Assembly (NCBI GenBank): GCA_963845755.1
Contig: CAWJTV010000040.1
Span: 64,001 to 128,000 of the forward strand
DNA: 64,000 nucleotides
Reading direction: 5' to 3'
Origin: an uncultured Planctomycetota bacterium
GTDB lineage: Bacteria; Planctomycetota; Planctomycetia; Isosphaerales; Isosphaeraceae
The notes under the pieces are model-generated. The model had not been told where the DNA came from and searched no databases. It was given only the letters and a program-made list of their open reading frames with translations. Numbering within the stretch: position 1 is the first letter of the stretch; every line of letters starts with the position of its first letter. Of the stretch, positions 1 to 10,843 are shown one piece after another. The position numbers and the translations under genes are program-made.

Positions 1-69
1 CTCACTCGAGCGCCCCTTGTGGCTCCGTCTTCACGATCAAAAGTGGCTCTCATTTCCAGATCGGTCCCA

Positions 70-371
70 ACACCGGCATCATCGAACGGGCGAGCCAGGA
101 TGGGGCCCGGTGGCTCGACGACCTGGTCGCGATGGACACGCCAGAAGCCCGCCAGAAGGCTAAGGGCGACTCCGTCGAGGAGTGGGTGACCGCGAGCCTG
201 CTGGCGGCCCGGGATGCCTACCAGGACCCGGCGACGGGGCAGAGGATGAAGTCGGGGGCCAAACTGGGGGATGCGTACTACGAGCGGAGCCTGCCCGTGG
301 CGAAGCGGCGGCTTCTTGAGGCGGGGGTGAGGCTGGCGTGGGTGCTCAACGAGGGCCTCGCGTCAGATTGA
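70..371 (+). pseudogene. S1/P1 nuclease, C-terminal part
   Basis: Frame reads NTGIIERASQ...SVEEWVTAS...LGDAYYERSLPVAKRRLLEAGVRLAWVLN, a typical S1/P1 nuclease C-terminus. Similarity appears to stop upstream of ~70. Confidence 0.7.
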
Positions 372-1148
372 CGGGGATCTCATGTTGTTCGAGAACCCTC
401 TTCTTTGGATGACGACCCCACTTATCAAGCCCAGTAGAAGGAGGATGGACGACGATGGCTCCGGAACTCCGGAGGTGTAGATCGTGGCCCGGGGAAGGTT
501 CACTCTGGTGCCAGACGTTAACGTCATCAGATCGGATTTAACCGGTTGATTGGCCGAGAAGAAACCAAAGATATAACCGGTTTGTCCTTGGCCAATCGGA
601 GTCCCCTGTTTACCGTCTGCGCTGGCGTACGTGACCAAGACGCGGTTATTTGAATCGTCTAAGAAGACGGAAAACGGTTTGACCTGGCCTACTGTCGTAA
701 AGCCACCGATCGCAGAGGCCCCGCTAAAGCCACTGATGAAGATCGAGGTGTCAAGCTGCCCATTGATCTCGGCTGGTTTTGAATCGATGAACGGAACGAA
801 CGCGTTGATGACGTTCGCACCACTCGGCGCCGTAATCTGATAGAGGTATAAGTTGATGCCTGAGTTGTTGCCTTGTCCCATGAACACCTGTGAGCCGACA
901 GTGCCTTTTGATCCATCATCGAACATAAAAGTGCTCGTCATGTACGCGGTGATTGGCTCTTCCAACACGAAGGCACTTGCGAGCTGCTCCTGAGTCACTT
1001 GAGTATTCGACAGAAACCCCGCTATGGCATGAGACGGTGCTGCGAACCAAAGTGCGACGATCACGCCAAGCGCCGATCGAGACTTCGCCCCGAGCGCTTT
1101 CCGAGGATGCTGATTCACCGTCAAAGCGACGCGAATCCACGGCCTCAT
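363..1148 (-). CDS. PEP-CTERM sorting domain protein
   Basis: C-terminal VPEPSS + hydrophobic helix + RR. Signal-like N-region. GGAGGAGG RBS before the ATG at 1148. Confidence 0.85.
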   Translation of the reverse strand: MRPWIRVALTVNQHPRKALGAKSRSALGVIVALWFAAPSHAIAGFLSNTQVTQEQLASAFVLEEPITAYMTSTFMFDDGSKGTVGSQVFMGQGNNSGINLYLYQITAPSGANVINAFVPFIDSKPAEINGQLDTSIFISGFSGASAIGGFTTVGQVKPFSVFLDDSNNRVLVTYASADGKQGTPIGQGQTGYIFGFFSANQPVKSDLMTLTSGTRVNLPRATIYTSGVPEPSSSILLLLGLISGVVIQRRGFSNNMRSPSI

Positions 1149-1305
1149 GGTGCACCTCCTCCGGATTTGCTCAATTTGAAAGGACTTCCGCATTGGCTCG
1201 GTGTCATCGCGAAGTCCGGTTTCGATTCGCATCGCCGTTCATAGTAGTCCTGACTCTGGCGAATACAAGGGCGCGGTCGCCGAAACGCCTTCACGCTTCC
1301 CACGG

Positions 1306-1506
1306 CTACGCATTATCCTCGACACGCCCGTCCAGATGCCGGATCATCCGACCCCACGACCGGCTGGTATGGCCCGAGGGGAACGGTTCAGCCTGAATCT
1401 CATCGACGTCGTACCGGCCCGGCTGCCGACTCCGGACGATCTCCCGTTCACCATAAAGGGTGCCGGTGTTATCGATGCCTTCGCCACGGTGGCTGACCCG
1501 GAACAT
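1306..1506 (-). CDS. small hypothetical protein (MFRVSHRGEG...PFPSGHTSRSWG)
   Basis: 66-aa ORF with RBS-like GGAG. Its N-terminus is repeated at 3203-3268. Confidence 0.5.
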   Translation of the reverse strand: MFRVSHRGEGIDNTGTLYGEREIVRSRQPGRYDVDEIQAEPFPSGHTSRSWGRMIRHLDGRVEDNA

Positions 1507-1766
1507 GCTGGCTCCGCCTGGTGAGGGATGGCGAGGTCGGCCGATATAAGACTCGGCCGCCTCGGCTGGGCGTGTTAACCGGCCCTGTAGAGCGGTTCTT
1601 CGACATGAGCGCACTGTGCAGATCCGCAACGAGGGGGCCAGGCCGAGCGTCCTGAGTCGGTACTGGAATTCTGAAGAAGCGAGCGCGAAGGCCGAAGGGC
1701 CGTCCTGCTGGGGTGATATCCGGCGGGGCGGCCTTCATGCGTTTGTCCAGCGAGGATGGCCACCGA

Positions 1767-2606
1767 CTAGAGGAGGTCGTTGATGATCTCGATCAGAATC
1801 ACCTCGATATCCCAGTAACTCGGGAGTCCGCCGTACGGATTGGGCAGCGTGCCATCCGTGATGTAGATGTAGCCCGCATTCTGGGAAAGTGCCTTGACCA
1901 CCGACCGGAGGAGGTCGAGTTCGGTCGGATCGGCGTAGACGATGTTGGCGATCTGAGACGGACTGTAACTTAGCCACCAGGGCGTCAGACCGGTATAGGG
2001 GCCTTTCTTGGGGAAGTCCTCGTAGCTGGGGCCGGTCGGGTCGGAATTGGCATAAGGCCCCTCGAAGATGACCAGCGTATCCGCCGCGGTGATGTACGAC
2101 TCGGAGAAGGGTTCCCCGGGGTTGCCGACGACGTGCAAGTCGATGCCCGCTTCGGCAGCTATCGCTTTGATGGACTGGTAGAGCCCCACGTAGTCCAGCG
2201 AGCCATCCTCGTTGCCCATCTCGTCGAGAAAGATCCCATTGACGCCGTACCAGGCCACATAATTGGAGACGTCGTTGAGGATGTCTCCCGCATCCCGCGC
2301 ACCATAGCCGGTCGCGACGTAGCCGATGACCTTGCCGCCAGCGGCCTGGAGGTTCTGGACGGCGGTGACATAATCGCTGTTCACGGCGGGTCCGGGGCCG
2401 CTGTCCGGGTTCATGATCGCCTCGATGGGGATAGAGGCGGCGGTCGTGTTCAGGTCGTCCCAGGGGGAACCCAGATACGACGGATAGAAATAGGCCGGGA
2501 CCAGGGCGACGACTTCGTCGGCCCGCACCATCGTCTCGGGAACAGGACCGAATATCCCAAAGGTCGCCGTCAGGGCGAGTGCGCACACGAGCTTGACAAG
2601 CCTCAT
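1767..2606 (-). CDS. spherulation-specific family 4 (spherulin-4 / GH135-like) secreted glycoside hydrolase
   Basis: Motifs VPAYFYP, INPDSGPG-like, VIGYVATGYG, GIFLDE, GNPG, YIYITD...NPY..LPSYW. Signal peptide present. Confidence 0.85.
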   Translation of the reverse strand: MRLVKLVCALALTATFGIFGPVPETMVRADEVVALVPAYFYPSYLGSPWDDLNTTAASIPIEAIMNPDSGPGPAVNSDYVTAVQNLQAAGGKVIGYVATGYGARDAGDILNDVSNYVAWYGVNGIFLDEMGNEDGSLDYVGLYQSIKAIAAEAGIDLHVVGNPGEPFSESYITAADTLVIFEGPYANSDPTGPSYEDFPKKGPYTGLTPWWLSYSPSQIANIVYADPTELDLLRSVVKALSQNAGYIYITDGTLPNPYGGLPSYWDIEVILIEIINDLL

Positions 2607-2660
2607 CGTCTTCCTCCAACATCGGGGGTTCGTCCGGTTCATCAGGACACGGGATGAATT

Positions 2661-2830
2661 CTAACCAGCGTTCTCAGGGCCGCACAAGTCTAGGTAGACC
2701 CACTCGACCTCGTTGGCCTCCGGATCGTTGACGTACAGCGACCGCCAGTGGACCGAGGCGTGCTCCGCGGTGGCTAGCTGCCCGCTTCGGTGAGATCGAC
2801 CGAAGCACCTCTCCGAGAGGTGACCGTGGT
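2661..2830 (-). pseudogene. VOC/glyoxalase family C-terminal remnant
   Basis: HWRSLYVNDPEANEVEWV resembles the VOC SxYxxDPxGNxxE motif. Confidence 0.45.
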
Positions 2831-3202
2831 CGGCGATCATCGGTCTGAAGGGCGTTTCCTCGAAGCCAGTGCGTCTTTGCAAACAGAAGGCGGCACACCT
2901 GAACCAACACCCATAGCCGAGCGCTCGTGGCTGTCCGTTTGCCATCCCGAGGCCGAGTCGCGCGAAGCGTGGTGCGCAATTTGGGGCAACATCGTTGAGG
3001 GTCGACACCAACTGATATTCCGTGATCAACGAGGGTCTGAGCGAGATCAACGGTGCGTTCCCCGTTCCGCCGCCCAGAGAGAGCAGGGAACGGAACGACA
3101 ATCCGGAGTCGAGAGAAGGGGCCACCGGTACTTCGGCCGTGTGCAAACCACGGCTTCCATCGATTATCGTGATCGGACGTCAGTCAATTATCTTGAGCAC
3201 TC

Positions 3203-3268
3203 TCACCGGGCACCCTTGATGCCATCAGCGTCGTCGTCGCCTTCGCCTTGGCGGCTGACCCGGAACAT
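3203..3268 (-). pseudogene. truncated paralog of the 1306-1506 ORF
   Basis: MFRVSRQGEGDDDADGIKGAR* with GGAGG RBS. Shares GGCTGACCCGGAACATG with the ORF start at ~1491-1507. Confidence 0.55.
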
Positions 3269-3336
3269 GGTGGCCTCCTATCGTGATTCGTGCCGGCAAC
3301 GAGAAACCTCTCTCGGGTGCTAATCACGTCTTGGCC

Positions 3337-3984
3337 TCACGTGCCGCCCTCGTCAACGACTTGGGCTCGCTCCTGCGTCGAGTGTGGCAACGACCCGGCG
3401 TCACTTCCACCCCTCTCCCGCCTCGCGAGGAACCACGTGGCGACCATCCCTCCCAGCAGTCCGGACATCTGGGCGAACAGACAGTGGCCGACTCGCTGGA
3501 ATTCGTCGTAGCGGAGTCCCGCATACTTGCTTGCGGTCAGTTGGGATTGTATGGACCGAAGATTATTCGTCATGGTCGCCACGACGGGGTCGTATTTGAA
3601 CTTCGGCGTCGCCTGTCTCAGCCTGGCCAACTCAGTCTCGAGTTCCTGTTTTTCAAGCCGCAAAGCTCCGGCGTTCGATTCGAACAATAGGTCGCGGAGC
3701 TGGCCTATCCAATGCGTCGTGACGAGCTGTTGCCGGAACGGATCGCCGACCCACGGGCCGACGGACAGAGACAGATACCCACCGCCAAAGACGGCGAACC
3801 CCAGCCACCACGCCCGCTCCCGGCCTCGCATCAGGCTCGCCCCAAGGACCGCAACTCCGACGGCGGACAGGGCGGTCAGGAGCATCATCCCGGCCCAGTC
3901 CTCATTCGCGTTACGGAGAGCCGCCAGACCGACGGCGGCGAGGACGATGAATGCCATCAGGGTGCGGATGGAGAAGCGGCGCAT
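3337..3984 (-). CDS. membrane protein, planctomycete RFSIRTLM-type
   Basis: MRRFSIRTLMAFIVLAAVGLAALR start, several TM helices, GAGGAGG RBS. Confidence 0.75.
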   Translation of the reverse strand: MRRFSIRTLMAFIVLAAVGLAALRNANEDWAGMMLLTALSAVGVAVLGASLMRGRERAWWLGFAVFGGGYLSLSVGPWVGDPFRQQLVTTHWIGQLRDLLFESNAGALRLEKQELETELARLRQATPKFKYDPVVATMTNNLRSIQSQLTASKYAGLRYDEFQRVGHCLFAQMSGLLGGMVATWFLARRERGGSDAGSLPHSTQERAQVVDEGGT

Positions 3985-4111
3985 ACTGCCTCCTCGCGAT
4001 GGTCCGATTCCTTCGGGCGATTCCCCGCCGTATGATTTTGGGTGCCGAGGCCGGTCTCCTTGACAACATGGCCGCCTCGACTCACGGAGTTAAACGGCTT
4101 TCAGGCGATCA

Positions 4112-4465
4112 TCACTTGTATCCGTATCTTGCACAAGCCGCCTGGATGCGTTCCTCGTGGACCGCTTCATCGATCATGCGTCCGGTGGCCCAAACGTCAA
4201 GCCGTTCGAGGCGTGGTTTGATGGCGTTGTATTGCTCGTCATCGACGTAGGCTTCGCCGAATGCCCTATCTAGTCCCTCCGTCAGTGCAACGACAGCAGC
4301 CGCCGTTCCGCCGTGCCACGCGATCAAGGCGCGGAGGACCTGTTCGGCCGGCTGGCCGGGTTCCGGCAGCGGTGGCAGCCCCGGGTCGGCGACGGGGCCG
4401 AAGCGAACTGGCGAGACCAACAAGGCAGGTGTGGCGGTCAACAGCGTTCGGCGAGTCATGGTCAT
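4112..4465 (-). CDS. hypothetical protein with Tat-like N-terminus
   Basis: MTMTRRTLLTA start, AGGAAGG RBS. Confidence 0.55.
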   Translation of the reverse strand: MTMTRRTLLTATPALLVSPVRFGPVADPGLPPLPEPGQPAEQVLRALIAWHGGTAAAVVALTEGLDRAFGEAYVDDEQYNAIKPRLERLDVWATGRMIDEAVHEERIQAACARYGYK

Positions 4466-4602
4466 GGTGGCCTTCCTGTGGATGACTACTGTCTCCTACA
4501 CGATGGATCTGGCGTCCGGTCCAGCCGACACTCTCGGCTTCCCGTTGCTAGACCTGTGCCAGTTTGACGGGCACGCAAGATGAGGGCAACGGCGGAGCCA
4601 CC

Positions 4603-5626
4603 TCACCGTAAGCGCCGGGACGTCCAGGGGCCGATGCCGAGGAACAAGAGCAGGAGGCGGACGAACCCACAGCCGAGGGTCAGCATGAGGAGCAGGCCGA
4701 GGGCGAGCAGCGCCAGGGGCAGGACGGAAGTGAAGACGGCCAGGAGCAGGCTGGCGACCCAGACGAAGAGCCAGATCCGGACGAACCAGCCGATCAGGTC
4801 GAAAACCCTGAGCCGGGCGATAGTCGAGCGGAGGCCGTCGGCGGCGGAGGCCAGATCGTCGAAGATCGAAATGGCGGAGGGTCCCCAGGGTCGGCCGGGA
4901 ATGGGCTGGGGGGGCACGGAGGCGGCAGCAACGGCCTGGCGGGTCCGCTGGATGGTGCTCTCGGCGCCGATCGGGTCGGACGCCAGGCGGGACTCGGCCT
5001 CGGAAAAGGCGGCCTCGGCCGACTCAATCTCGGCGTGGTGGGGGTCGTCGGGCAAGAGCACGCCGGTCCCCCGGTCGACGGCGCCGCGCAGTCGCGCCAG
5101 CTCTTGGCGACCCGACTTCAAGGCGGCTCGGGCGGCGCTCGTGGGCGATGTTGAGCCGGTCGAGCTGCTCCTTGCACGAGCCGGCCAGGGCATGCAGCCG
5201 GTCGAGGTCGCCGGACTTCAACAGCGCTCCGGCGTCGCGCGCCGCCTGGGTGGTCAAGCCCGAGTCAGCCTGGAGCCTACCCTGGGCCGTCTTCCAGATG
5301 TCCATCACGCGGAGCCAGCGCTCCCAGAGGGCGTCCAGGTCGGAGCTGACCCCCTGATAGAGCGACAGCGTGGCACCCGCCATCGGCTCGGTGAAGTCGG
5401 GGTCTGTCGTGGGGAGCTCACTCTGACGCTTGCGCAGGGCGTCGAGCTGGTCCATCAGCGCGACGGCACGCTCGCGGAACCCCTTGAACTGCGCATCGAC
5501 GATCTCCTGCACACGCCGCTTGCGGACGTAGAGCCAGGCCAAGGCGGCGATGCCGGCCAGCGCCATGCCTACCATGAGGGCGACTGGCAACGTGTGCGTC
5601 TCGGCTTCGGCGGGGTGTGGGACCAA
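4603..5626 (-). pseudogene. coiled-coil membrane protein, frameshifted and probably N-truncated
   Basis: Overlapping ORFs 5024-5626 and 4603-5193 join near 5130. TM segments at both ends. Confidence 0.5.
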
Positions 5627-5912
5627 GCTTCCGGACTTCGACCTGCGCAGTTAGGAGCCATGCGGCGTCCAGCCCGATCGCCGCGTCCAGCTCGAACGGG
5701 TGTGTCATGGAAGGATCGACCAGTTAGGAGAAGAACTTACGTCCCGCCAGCATAGTCAGTTCGAGCGATCGGCTCAAGCCAACTTGATTGGAAGTCGGCG
5801 TATGACACCTGAGCCGTATCCTATGAGTTCCGGTCGGGCATGGCTGTGTCCGCGGTGCTCGGTCGGGCGTATCCCGGATGGCCGGGGCTCGGAGGCAAGC
5901 TCGATTCCCAGT

Positions 5913-7109
5913 TCAGAAACACATCTTGCCGTGCACGTCGCAGATGTCGTACGCCTGGGCGTTGTCGGCATAGATCGGCGCTAGAGGTAACGTAGCCGCG
6001 CTCCGCAGCGCGAATCGACCATGCTTCTGATTGATCGTCCGCTTCAATTCGGTCGCGGCGTCCTCGCCGTCCCGATCGAACAATCCCAGTTGCCGCGGCA
6101 CGTCCGGCGTCAGATCATCGGCGAACAAATGCATCCGAGAGGCGAGTGTGCGGGGCAACCAGGCCCTCCGAAGGCAGGGCCGGTACGTTTCCAGCAGGGC
6201 GTCAAATCGGTTGGTCGGCACCTGCAAGGTCGCTCGTCCTTCGCCCGCGCGGCCGTCTCGATATCCCACCCAGACCGCTCTGCGGCCGGTCAGCACCCGG
6301 TGGTAGACCAACTCCTCGATCAGCCGCTCGAGATTGCGCACCAGCCACGCCCAGAGCACGGAGGGGACATCGGTCGGCTCGCCGAAGCTTCCGCCGCGGG
6401 AGAGGACCTTGTGCGGCATCCGTTGCGTTCGGATCGGGAGAACCGGATCGCCGTTGAGTTCCCACCACAACGCCTCGCCGCTGGCGGTCAGGATCTGCCG
6501 GATTAACCGCCGGTCGGCCTGGGCGAGATCGAGGCATGTGCGAATACCCCACGGGATCAGCCGCTTTTCCCGCCGTCCGGAAATGCCCGTGACGTCCGTA
6601 ACCGGGTGGGCGGCCAGCAACGACTCCTCGGTGCCTCGGTCCAAAATCGCCATCGCCCCGAATGGCTTGGCGGCGTCGGAGATCAGCTTGGCCAGCGTGC
6701 GCGTGCGGGCGATCCCGACTGTCACCGGGACATGGACGCGCCCCATGATCTCGTCACGAATCGTCACCGCGAAGGACTGGAAATCATCGGCCGGGGCGAC
6801 CGAGGCGTCGAAGAAGAATTCGTCGATGCTGTAATACTCGACCCTCGGCGAGAGTTCGCGGACGGCCTCGAGCATCATCCGCGAGAGCACCTCATACCAT
6901 CGGAAATCCCGCTTGACGTAGAGGCCGTCGGGGCAGAGCCGCTGCGCGTCCCAGATGGGCATGCCCGTTTTCACGCCCAGGGCCTTCATCTCGTAGGACT
7001 TGGCGATGACGCACGCGCCCTGATTCCCCAGCACCCCGACCGGCATGTCCGCCAGGTGCGGCGTAGCGGACCCGTTCCGCAGAGACGTAGAACGCATCGG
7101 CGTCAAATG
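5913..7109 (-). pseudogene. Y-family DNA polymerase (DinB/UmuC-like), N-terminus lost
   Basis: HL(D)ADAFYVSAERVR readable with frameshifts at ~7060-7105, then VIAKSYE.K..GVKTGMP, YSIDEFF, VGIARTRTLAKL, GISGR HhH. Confidence 0.85.
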
Positions 7110-8063
7110 GTCAGCGAACGGAATCTTGCCCGGAATACCCAGCGGAGTTACCGTGACGCCTTGCAACTCTTGCTCCCGGCTATCGCCCGGCGTGCACACA
7201 AACCGATCGATCGCCTGGCGGTCACCGACATGTCGGCCGACTGCGTCCGACAGTTTCTGAACGAGTTGGAGGAGAAGCGGGGATGCGCCATCGCCACGCG
7301 CAACCAGCGCTTGGCCGCCATCCACGCGCTGGCCCGGTTCATCGGGTTGCATGCGCCGGAATGGGTCGCATGGTGCGGACAAGTCCGGTCAGTGCCGTTC
7401 AAGAAAGGCCCGCGGGCGCTGGTCACGTACTTGGAAAAGCCGGAGATGGATGCGCTGCTGGCGGCACCTGACATGACGACCGCCCAGGGCCGTCGGGATC
7501 ATGCTTTGCTCCTGTTCTTGTATAACGCTGGTGCCCGGGCCGATGAGGCGGCCCAGGTTCGGATCAGCGACCTGACGTTGCCTCAAGTCCCTGACCGCGA
7601 GCTGGCCTCGGTCTTGATCCGGGGCAAAGGCAACAAGGCCCGCCGGTGCCCGCTGTGGGCGAGGACGGTGCGCGGACTGGCTGCGCTGGTGCAAGGGCAT
7701 GATAAGAACGAACATATGCAACTTAATCTGTTCGGCCGTCCCATCACACGATTTGGGATCCATACGCTGGTGGAACGTTGTGTTGCCCGGGCGGCGAAGG
7801 ACGTGCCATCCCTAACCGCCAAGCGAGTCAGTCCGCACACGATACGCCACACGACGGCGACCCACCTGCTGCGCGCGGGCGTGGACATCAACACGATCCG
7901 GGCCTGGCTGGGGCACGTATCGCTGGCGACGACCAACGTCTATGCGGAAGTGGATTTGGAGATGAAGGCGCCGGCGTTGGCCGGCTTTGAGGTGGGAGAT
8001 CCTGGCCTGGGCAAGCCCTGGCGGGAGGATGCGGGCTTGATGGGATTCCTCCGCAATCTCTAA
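7107..8063 (+). CDS. tyrosine recombinase, RIT third-subunit (RitC-like), N-truncated
   Basis: LYNAGARADE, GKGNKAR, HTIRHTTATHLL, LGHVSLATTNVY. C-terminal DLEMK..AL...W...LMGFLRNL is typical of the last gene of recombinase-in-trio elements. Confidence 0.85.
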   Translation: MVSERNLARNTQRSYRDALQLLLPAIARRAHKPIDRLAVTDMSADCVRQFLNELEEKRGCAIATRNQRLAAIHALARFIGLHAPEWVAWCGQVRSVPFKKGPRALVTYLEKPEMDALLAAPDMTTAQGRRDHALLLFLYNAGARADEAAQVRISDLTLPQVPDRELASVLIRGKGNKARRCPLWARTVRGLAALVQGHDKNEHMQLNLFGRPITRFGIHTLVERCVARAAKDVPSLTAKRVSPHTIRHTTATHLLRAGVDINTIRAWLGHVSLATTNVYAEVDLEMKAPALAGFEVGDPGLGKPWREDAGLMGFLRNL

Positions 8064-9555
8064 CGGCCGGCTTCACGCGGCTGGCAGGTTCATGACGACC
8101 TCCCCGCCCATGCTCGAGCCGACCTCTACGTCTGCCCGGCAACTGTCGTAGCACTGCTTGGCCGCTTTGGTGGCGATCGTCCTGCCCACTGATTAGGCGC
8201 GACTTCCCGACGTCCCAGCCTTCGTGTCCTGATTTTCTGTCTTGTCGGGGGACGTGGAGGACCCCGACACAGCCGTTTCCGTGCCAGTTTCAGACTTCGT
8301 GCTCTTCTGTTGCTTCTGCCGGTTATACCGCCGAGGGAAACCCTTCGGATAGATTTCGAGGGGTGGCGTACGCCTCTTCTTCCGCTCTAGCTGGCAAAAC
8401 GTCTCGACATCGTCCTCGCGCGAGAGGAGGACCTTCAGGAAACTGACGCCTCGGTACTTGCAGGTCTGGTAGATACTCAGCAGCACGAGGTGGTCCGACA
8501 GCCCCTCTTCGATCATCTGGCCGTCGTAAAGCTCGCGAAAGAGGGCGAACGCCTTGATCGCGTGCTCCGCAGCGTTGTTGTTCCAGGGGATGTTGTCGTG
8601 GTCCAGAAAGGTGAAGAGCCCGCCCTCGTTCTCGAGGAGCCGCCTCTGGTAGCCCTCCGCCAGCTCGGAGCGGTAGACGCGGGGGGCCAGGTCGCGGTAG
8701 AAGTGGGCGACCTCGGCCTTGTGCCTTTACAGGTAGCGTTTTTTCAGCCCGTGCTTGTCGATCGTGTCCACAATGGCCCGCAACAACTTGGCGAACTCCG
8801 CTGCCAGTCCCTTGAACTCGTCATCGTAGGGGTTGCCCTTCAGGTCATTGTTGATGTCACGGATCATGTGGATGAGGCACTTCTGCTGTGCGCACGGCAG
8901 CGAGTCGTAGCCGGAGTAGAAATCGGAGACCATCACCCCCTTGAACTCCTTGAGAAGTTCGTGGACGAAGGCCGTTTCCCGGTTGGGCCTGTACATGTAA
9001 AGAACGTCCTCCAGGTTCGCCAGGACCCACGCATATCCCTTGCCTTTCTTCAGGTTGGCGTGGGTCTCGTCGATGTGGAGCAGCCCGCCCCCGACAATCC
9101 TCGCGAGGATCTGATTGAAGGTCGTCCGGTAGCGGTCCGCCATGACCGCCTTTATATCCATTAGTTCCCAGAGACTGACTTTCAGGCCGAAGCAGTCCTC
9201 GAACATTGTCCCGAGTTGCCGAAGGCTAACGCGGTCAACGATGTGCTGGTAAACGGCCCAGCTCTTTAGCCCGTGGAAGTGCTTGTCTCGCCTCTTGTAC
9301 CGCTCGGGCAGAAACCCCTTCCGACAATCCTCGCACTGGTGGCGGAGAGCGGTGCAGCGGACGACCTGCCTGCGGATGCCACCCGGTGTAAACTTGAGGT
9401 CGTAGGCGAGCTTGACACTTTTCTTCTTGCCGACCCGGATGATCCGGTTCCCGTTGCAGAATGGGCACGAATCGCTCGTGATCTCGACTTCCCTATTCAC
9501 GGGCAGATTCGACCGCTTCTTCTGCTTGCGTTGGCTCAGACAGGCCCGCCTGACC

Positions 9556-10843
9556 CAGGGCTAGCGCGTAACTGTGGCTAGATTGGGCAACCTGGGTCAT
9601 GTTTTCTTTTTGTGATCCTTTGTCTATCATTCTCGATGGCGCTCCCTTTGCGACTACCCACGGAGGATGGACCATGGCGGAAGTTCGGCGGATCGGTCTG
9701 GACGAGGTCGCACGGCACTTCGAGGAGTTGGAGGACCCGCGCTCCTCGGTCAATCGCAAGCATCCCCTGGTCAGCGTGGTCATCATCGCCGTGATGGCGG
9801 TCCTGGCCGGCGCCAACGGACCCACCGCGATCGCCAAATGGGCCGCCCTCAAGGAGGAGTTCCTCGTGGCAAACCTGGACTTGCCCGATGGGGTCCCGCG
9901 CAAGGATGTCTTCCGTCGCGTTCTGATGGCCCTGCGGCCGGGGGCCTTCCAGGCCTGTTTTGTGAGCTGGCTGGAGTCGCTGCGCACCGAGGCGGCCGCG
10001 GCGACCGGCGTGGAGCAGCCCGTCCTCGCGGTTGACGGCAAGACGGCGCGGCGGAGCCACGATCGCCAGAACGGCCTGGGCGCGTTGCATTCGGTCAGCA
10101 TCTGGGCCAGCGAGTTCGGCCTGACGCTGGGGCAGGTGGCCTGCGCCGAGAAGTCCCACGAGATCACGGCGATCCCCGAGGTCCTGCGGCTGGTGGACAT
10201 CAGGGGGGCGATCATCACCATCGACGCGATCGGGGCCCAGAAGGCGATCGCGGCGGAGATCATCGACGGCGAGGGGGACTACGTCCTGGCGCTGAAAGGG
10301 AACCAGGAGACGCTCCATCAGGCGGTCATCGATCACATCCACGAACAACTCGAGGGCGAGTTGGAGGGGGCCCAAGAGCAGGTAACGACCGAGAAGGGCC
10401 ATGGGCGCCAGGAGACGCGTACGTATCTCCAACTCCCGGCCCCCGAGGGCCTGCCGGGGTTCGGGCTCTGGAAGGCGCTGAAGACGATCGCGGTGGTGAC
10501 CTCGCTGTGCGTCCGCGACGGGAAACAGAGCGTCGAGGTCCGGTACTACATCAGCAGCCTGACCATGGACGTGAAGCGGCTGGCGAGGGCTGTCCGGGGC
10601 CACTGGGGTATCGAGAATAGCTGCCATTGGGTGCTCGACGTGACCTATCGCGAGGACGAGTCGCGGATCCGCGAGGAGGCGCTGCGGGAGAACTTCGCCT
10701 GGCTCAACCGCTTCACGTTGTCGCTCTTGAAACAGCATCCCGACCGCACCAGCCTCGCCATGAAACGTCGTAGTTGTGGCTGGAACGAAAACTACTTGCT
10801 GCAAGTCCTTACCGGATCTACATGTTAGTATGCGCTGGCCCTG
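9556..10843 (+). mobile_element. ISAs1 family insertion sequence
   Basis: IRs CAGGGCTAGCGCGTA / CAGGGCCAGCGCATA. 10-bp TSD CCGCCTGACC at 9546-9555 and 10844-10853. Confidence 0.95.
9674..10828 (+). CDS. ISAs1 family transposase
   Basis: DPR...H, AVDGKTARRS, EKSHEITAIP, ITIDA, LALKGNQ, HWGIEN..HW.LDV...ED. Confidence 0.95.
   Translation: MAEVRRIGLDEVARHFEELEDPRSSVNRKHPLVSVVIIAVMAVLAGANGPTAIAKWAALKEEFLVANLDLPDGVPRKDVFRRVLMALRPGAFQACFVSWLESLRTEAAAATGVEQPVLAVDGKTARRSHDRQNGLGALHSVSIWASEFGLTLGQVACAEKSHEITAIPEVLRLVDIRGAIITIDAIGAQKAIAAEIIDGEGDYVLALKGNQETLHQAVIDHIHEQLEGELEGAQEQVTTEKGHGRQETRTYLQLPAPEGLPGFGLWKALKTIAVVTSLCVRDGKQSVEVRYYISSLTMDVKRLARAVRGHWGIENSCHWVLDVTYREDESRIREEALRENFAWLNRFTLSLLKQHPDRTSLAMKRRSCGWNENYLLQVLTGSTC

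Noticed and set aside
1..69. Possible IS end truncating the S1/P1 nuclease
   Set aside because: No partner IR or TSD is visible within the window, so it cannot be supported.
3150..3195. Possible degenerate fourth dif-like site (TTATC...GGACGT)
   Set aside because: Spacing is broken and no XerD-like arm is present.
5913..8063. Long overlapping antisense ORF extensions of dinB and the integrase
   Set aside because: The extensions are antisense read-through across the fusion junction and carry no motifs.
8064..8192. IS66-type terminal repeats for the fusion gene
   Set aside because: No matching inverted partner found by eye in 13710-13965.
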